Of a stretch of 64,000 nt of DNA, positions 59,901 through 64,000 are shown piece by piece. The notes under the pieces were generated by a model. It searched no databases and was not told the DNA's origin. It worked only from the letters and a program-made list of their open reading frames with translations. Position 1 is the stretch's first letter. Each line of letters opens with the position of its first letter. Both the position numbers and the translations under genes were made by a program. The stretch lies in assembly GCF_009914755.1 (NCBI RefSeq), contig NC_060937.1, one strand, 5' to 3'. This stretch comes from the human T2T-CHM13v2.0 reference genome, Homo sapiens.

Positions 59901-62900
59901 TATATACTGTACATAAAATACCAAAGTACCCCGAATATATATTATATACTGTACATGAAATATCAAAGTTCACAAACTATATATTATATACTGTACATAA
60001 AATATCAAAGTACCCAAGGTATATATTCTATACTGTACAAATAATATCAAAGTACCCAAAGCATGTATTATATACTGTACATAAAATATGAAAGTACATC
60101 AAATATATATTTTATTCTGTACATAAAATATCAAAGTACACTAAATATATATTCTATAGTGTACATAAAATATCAAAGTACCCAAACTATACATTATATA
60201 CTGTACATAAAATATGAAATTACATCATATATATATTATATTAGGTACATAAAATATGAAAGTACATCAAATATAGATTATATACTGTACATAAAATACC
60301 AAAGTACCCCAAATACATATTATATACTGTACATGAAATATCAAAGTTCACAAACTATATATTATATACTGTACATAAAATATCAAAGTACCCAAGGTAT
60401 ATATTCTATACTGTACAAAAAATATCAAAGTACCCAAAGCAAGTATTATATACTGTACATAAAATATGAAAGTACATCAAATATATATTTTATTCTGTAC
60501 ATAAAATATCAAAGTACACCAAATATATATTCTATAGTGTACATAAAATATCAAAGTAGCCAAACTATACATTTTAAACTGTACATAAAATATGAAATTA
60601 CATCAAATATACACTATATTATGTACATAAAATATGAAAGTACATCAAATATAGATTATATACTGTACATAAAATACCAAAGTACCCCAAATATATATTA
60701 TATACTGTACATGAAATATCAAAGTTCACAAACTATATATTATATACTGTACATAAAATACCAAACTACCCAAGGTATATATTCTATACTGTACAAAAAA
60801 TATCAAAGTACCCAAAGCATGTATTAAATAGTGTATATAAAATATGAAAGTTCATCAAATATATATTTAATTCTGTACATAAAATATCAAAGTAAACCAA
60901 ATATATATTCTATAGTGTACATAAAATATCAAAGTACCCAAACTATACATTATATACTGTACAGAAAATATGAAATTACATCAAATATATATTATATTAT
61001 GTACATAAAATATGAAAGTACATCAAATATAGATTATATACTGTACATAAAATACCAAAGAACCCCAAATATATATTATATACTCTACATGAAATATCAA
61101 AGTTCACAAACTATATATTATATACTGTACATAAAATATCAAAGTACCCAAGGTATATATTCTATACTGTACAAAAAATATCAAAGTACCCAAAGCATGT
61201 ATTATATACTGTACATAAAATATGAAAGTACATCAAATATATATTTTGTTCTGTACATAAAATATCAAAGTACACCAAATATATATTCTATAGTGTACAT
61301 TAAATATCAAAGTACCCAAAATATACATTATATACTGTACATAAAATATGAAATTACATCAAATATATATTATATTAGGTACATAAAATATGAAAGTACA
61401 TGAAATACATATTATATACTGTACATAAAATACCAAAGTACTCCAAATACATATTATATACTGTACATGAAATATCAAAGTTCACAAACTATATATTATA
61501 TACTGTACATAAAAAATCAAAGTACCAAAGGTATATATTCTATACTGTACAACAAATATCAAAGTACCCAAAGCATGTATTATATACTGTACATAAAATA
61601 TGAAAGTACATCAAATATATATTTTATGCTGTACATAAAATATCAAAGTACACCAAATATATATTCTATAGTGTACATAAAATAGCAAAGTACCCAAACT
61701 ATACATTATATACTGTACATAAAACATGAAATTACATCAAATATATATTATATTAGGTACATAAAATATGAAAGTACATCAAATGTAAATTATATACTGT
61801 ACATAAAATACCAAAGAACCCCAAATATATGTTATATACTGTACATGAAATATCAAAGTTCACAAACTATATATTATATACTGTACATAAAATATCAAAG
61901 TACCCAAGGTATATATTCTATACTGTACAAAAAATATCAAAGTACCCAAAGCAAGTATTATATACGGTACATAAAATATGAAAGTACATCAAATATATAT
62001 TTTATTCTGTACATAAAATATCAAAGTACACCAAATATATATTCTATAGTGTACATAAAATATCAAAGTACCCAAACTATACATTATATACTGTACATAA
62101 AATATGAAATTACATCAAATATATATTATATTAGGTACATAAAATATGAAAGTACATCAAATATAAATTATATACTGTACATAAAATACCAAAGAACCCC
62201 CAATATATATTATATACTGTACATACAATATCAAAGTTCACAAACTATATATCATATACTGTACATAAAATATCAAAGTACTGAAAGTATATATTCTATA
62301 CTGTACAAAAAATATCAAAGTACCCAAAGCATGTATTATATACTGTACATAAAATATGAAAGTACATCAAATATATATTTTATTCTGTACATAAAATATC
62401 AAAGTACACCAAATATATATTCTATAGTGTACATAAAATATCAAAGTACCCAAACAATACATTATATCCTGTACATAAAATATGAAATTACATCAAATAT
62501 ATATTATATTAGGTACATAAAATATGAAAGTACATCAAATATAAATTATATACTGTACATAAAATACCAAAGTACCCCAAATATATATTATATACTGTAC
62601 ATGAAATATCAAAGTCCACAAACTATATATTATATACTGTACATAAAATATCAAAGTACCCAAGGTATATATTCTATACTCTACAAAAAATATCAAAGTA
62701 TCCAAAGCATGTATTATATACGGTACATAAAATATGAAAGTACATCAAATATATATTTAATTCTGTACATAAAATATCAAAGTACACCAAATATATATTC
62801 TATAGTGTACATAAAATATCAAAAGTAGCCAAACTATACACTATATACTGTACATAAAATATGAAATTACATCAAATATATATTATATTATGTACATGAA

Positions 62901-63400
62901 ATATGAAAGTACATCAAATATAGATTATATACTGTACATAAAATACCAAAGTACACCAAATATATATTTTATACTGTACATGCAATATCAAAGTTCACAA
63001 ACTATATATTATATACTGTACATAAAATATCAAAGTACCCAAGGTATATATTCTATACTGTACAAAAAATATCAAAGTACCCAAAGCATGTATTATATAG
63101 TGTATATAAAATATGAAAGTACATCAAATATATATTTAATTCTGTACATAAAATATCAAAGTAAACCAAATATATATTCTATAGTGTACATAAAATATCA
63201 AAGTACCCAAACTATACATTATATACTGTACATAAAATATGAAATTACATCAAATATATATTATATTATGTACATAAAATATGAAAGTACATCAAATATA
63301 GATTATATACTGTACATAAAATACCAAAGAACCCCCAATATATATTATATACTCTACATGAAATATCAAAGTTCACAAACTATATATTATATACTGTAAA
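51000..63400 (+). repeat. Region with 2268-bp (6 x 378; 54-monomer) super-period
   Basis: Rare variants recur at +2268 (+/-1 where a 1-bp indel intervenes): 51201/53469, 51761/54029/56297, 54705/56973, 55881/58148, 60556/62825, 60892/63161. Confidence 0.8.
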
Positions 63401-64000
63401 TAAAATATCAAAGTACCCAAGGTATATATTCTATACTGTACAAAAAATATCAAAGTTCCCAAAGCATGTATTATATACTGTACATAAAATATGAAAGTAC
63501 ATCAAATATATATTTTATTCTGTACATAAAATATCGAAGTACACCAAATATATATTCTATAGTGTACATAAAATATCAAAGTACCCAAACCATACATTAT
63601 ATACTGTACATAAAATATGAAATTACATCAAATATATATTATATTAGGTACATAAAATATGAAAGTACATCAAATATAGATTATATAGTGTACATAAAAT
63701 ACCAAATTACCCCAAATATATATTATATACTGTACATGAAATATCAAAGTTCACAAACTATATATTATATACTGTACATAAAATATGAAAGTACCGAAGG
63801 TATATATTCTATACTCTACAAAAAATATCAAAGTACCCAAAGCATGTATTATATACGATACATAAAATATGGAAGTACATCAAATATATATTTAATTCTG
63901 TACATAAAATATCAAAGTACACCAAATATATATTCTATAGTGTACATAAAATATCAAAGTACCCAAACTATACATTATATACTGTACATAAAATATGAAA

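Larger units (their letters stand above)
1..64000 (+). repeat. Human satellite I (HSat1A / SAR) array: 42-bp monomers in a 378-bp 9-mer higher-order repeat
   Basis: Seen: continuous repeat of ACATAAAATAT(C/G)AAAGT (17 bp) + ACCCAAA.TATATATTATACTGT-like (25 bp) with GTAC at both junctions. Nine monomer types recur in fixed order (visible as a 14-aa x 9 = 126-aa period in the ORF track). The consensus monomer is 33/42 AT. Known: this is the classical satellite I A+B unit and its 378-bp periodicity. A great-ape orthologous array cannot be excluded. Confidence 0.96.
38181..64000 (+). repeat. HOR subfamily B main block (mostly full 378-bp units)
   Basis: Monomer 5 reads CCAAAT from about 38445 to the end, and the TAACAAAG variant is absent. 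Long frames persist because unit length stays 3n. The boundary is uncertain within about 300 bp. Confidence 0.85.

Noticed and set aside
14484-63402. Sporadic + strand AATAAA created by GTACATAAAA to GTAAATAAAA changes, and abundant TATA-like motifs
   Set aside because: These are single substitutions or compositional by-products in very AT-rich repeat, with no supporting gene context.
1-64000. CRISPR-like appearance (constant TGTACATAAAATAT part alternating with a variable part)
   Set aside because: The variable parts are homologous to each other and cycle with period 9. There are no unique spacers, leader or cas genes.
1-64000. Transposable elements, inversions, alpha satellite/CENP-B boxes, HSat2/3 or telomeric repeats
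   Set aside because: None seen on reading through. Orientation is constant, and the only foreign sequence is the 50.6-kb microsatellite insertion.
1-64000. Assignment to a specific chromosome
   Set aside because: HSat1A arrays occur on several human chromosomes (3, 4 and the acrocentrics). Assignment needs a k-mer search against T2T assemblies, which I cannot run.

Overview
The whole 64 kb is one uninterrupted, single-orientation, about 79% AT tandem satellite with no genes. It matches human classical satellite I (HSat1A/SAR): a 42-bp monomer (CTGTACATAAAATATCAAAGTACCCAAACTATATATTATATA-like, two GTAC/RsaI sites giving 17+25 bp halves) in a 9-monomer, 378-bp higher-order repeat (HOR), about 170 HORs in total. 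All ORFs are artefacts of a 3n-length monomer. The informative structure lies above the HOR. (1) Two HOR subfamilies sit in blocks: A (CCAGAT marker, frequent 373-bp units) at about 1-7.26 kb and 11.7-38.2 kb, and B (CCAAAT, 378 bp) at about 7.26-11.7 kb and 38.2-64 kb. (2) The B island inside A is bracketed by an identical 189-bp direct repeat. (3) There are 751-bp, 377-bp and 2268-bp super-periods and several kb-scale internal duplications. (4) A single net 91-bp palindromic (TA/CA)n insertion at about 50.62 kb lies in locally diverged HORs. I found no supportable novel protein-coding or RNA system. Offsets and identities were read by eye and need confirming by alignment. The chromosome cannot be assigned from the sequence alone.
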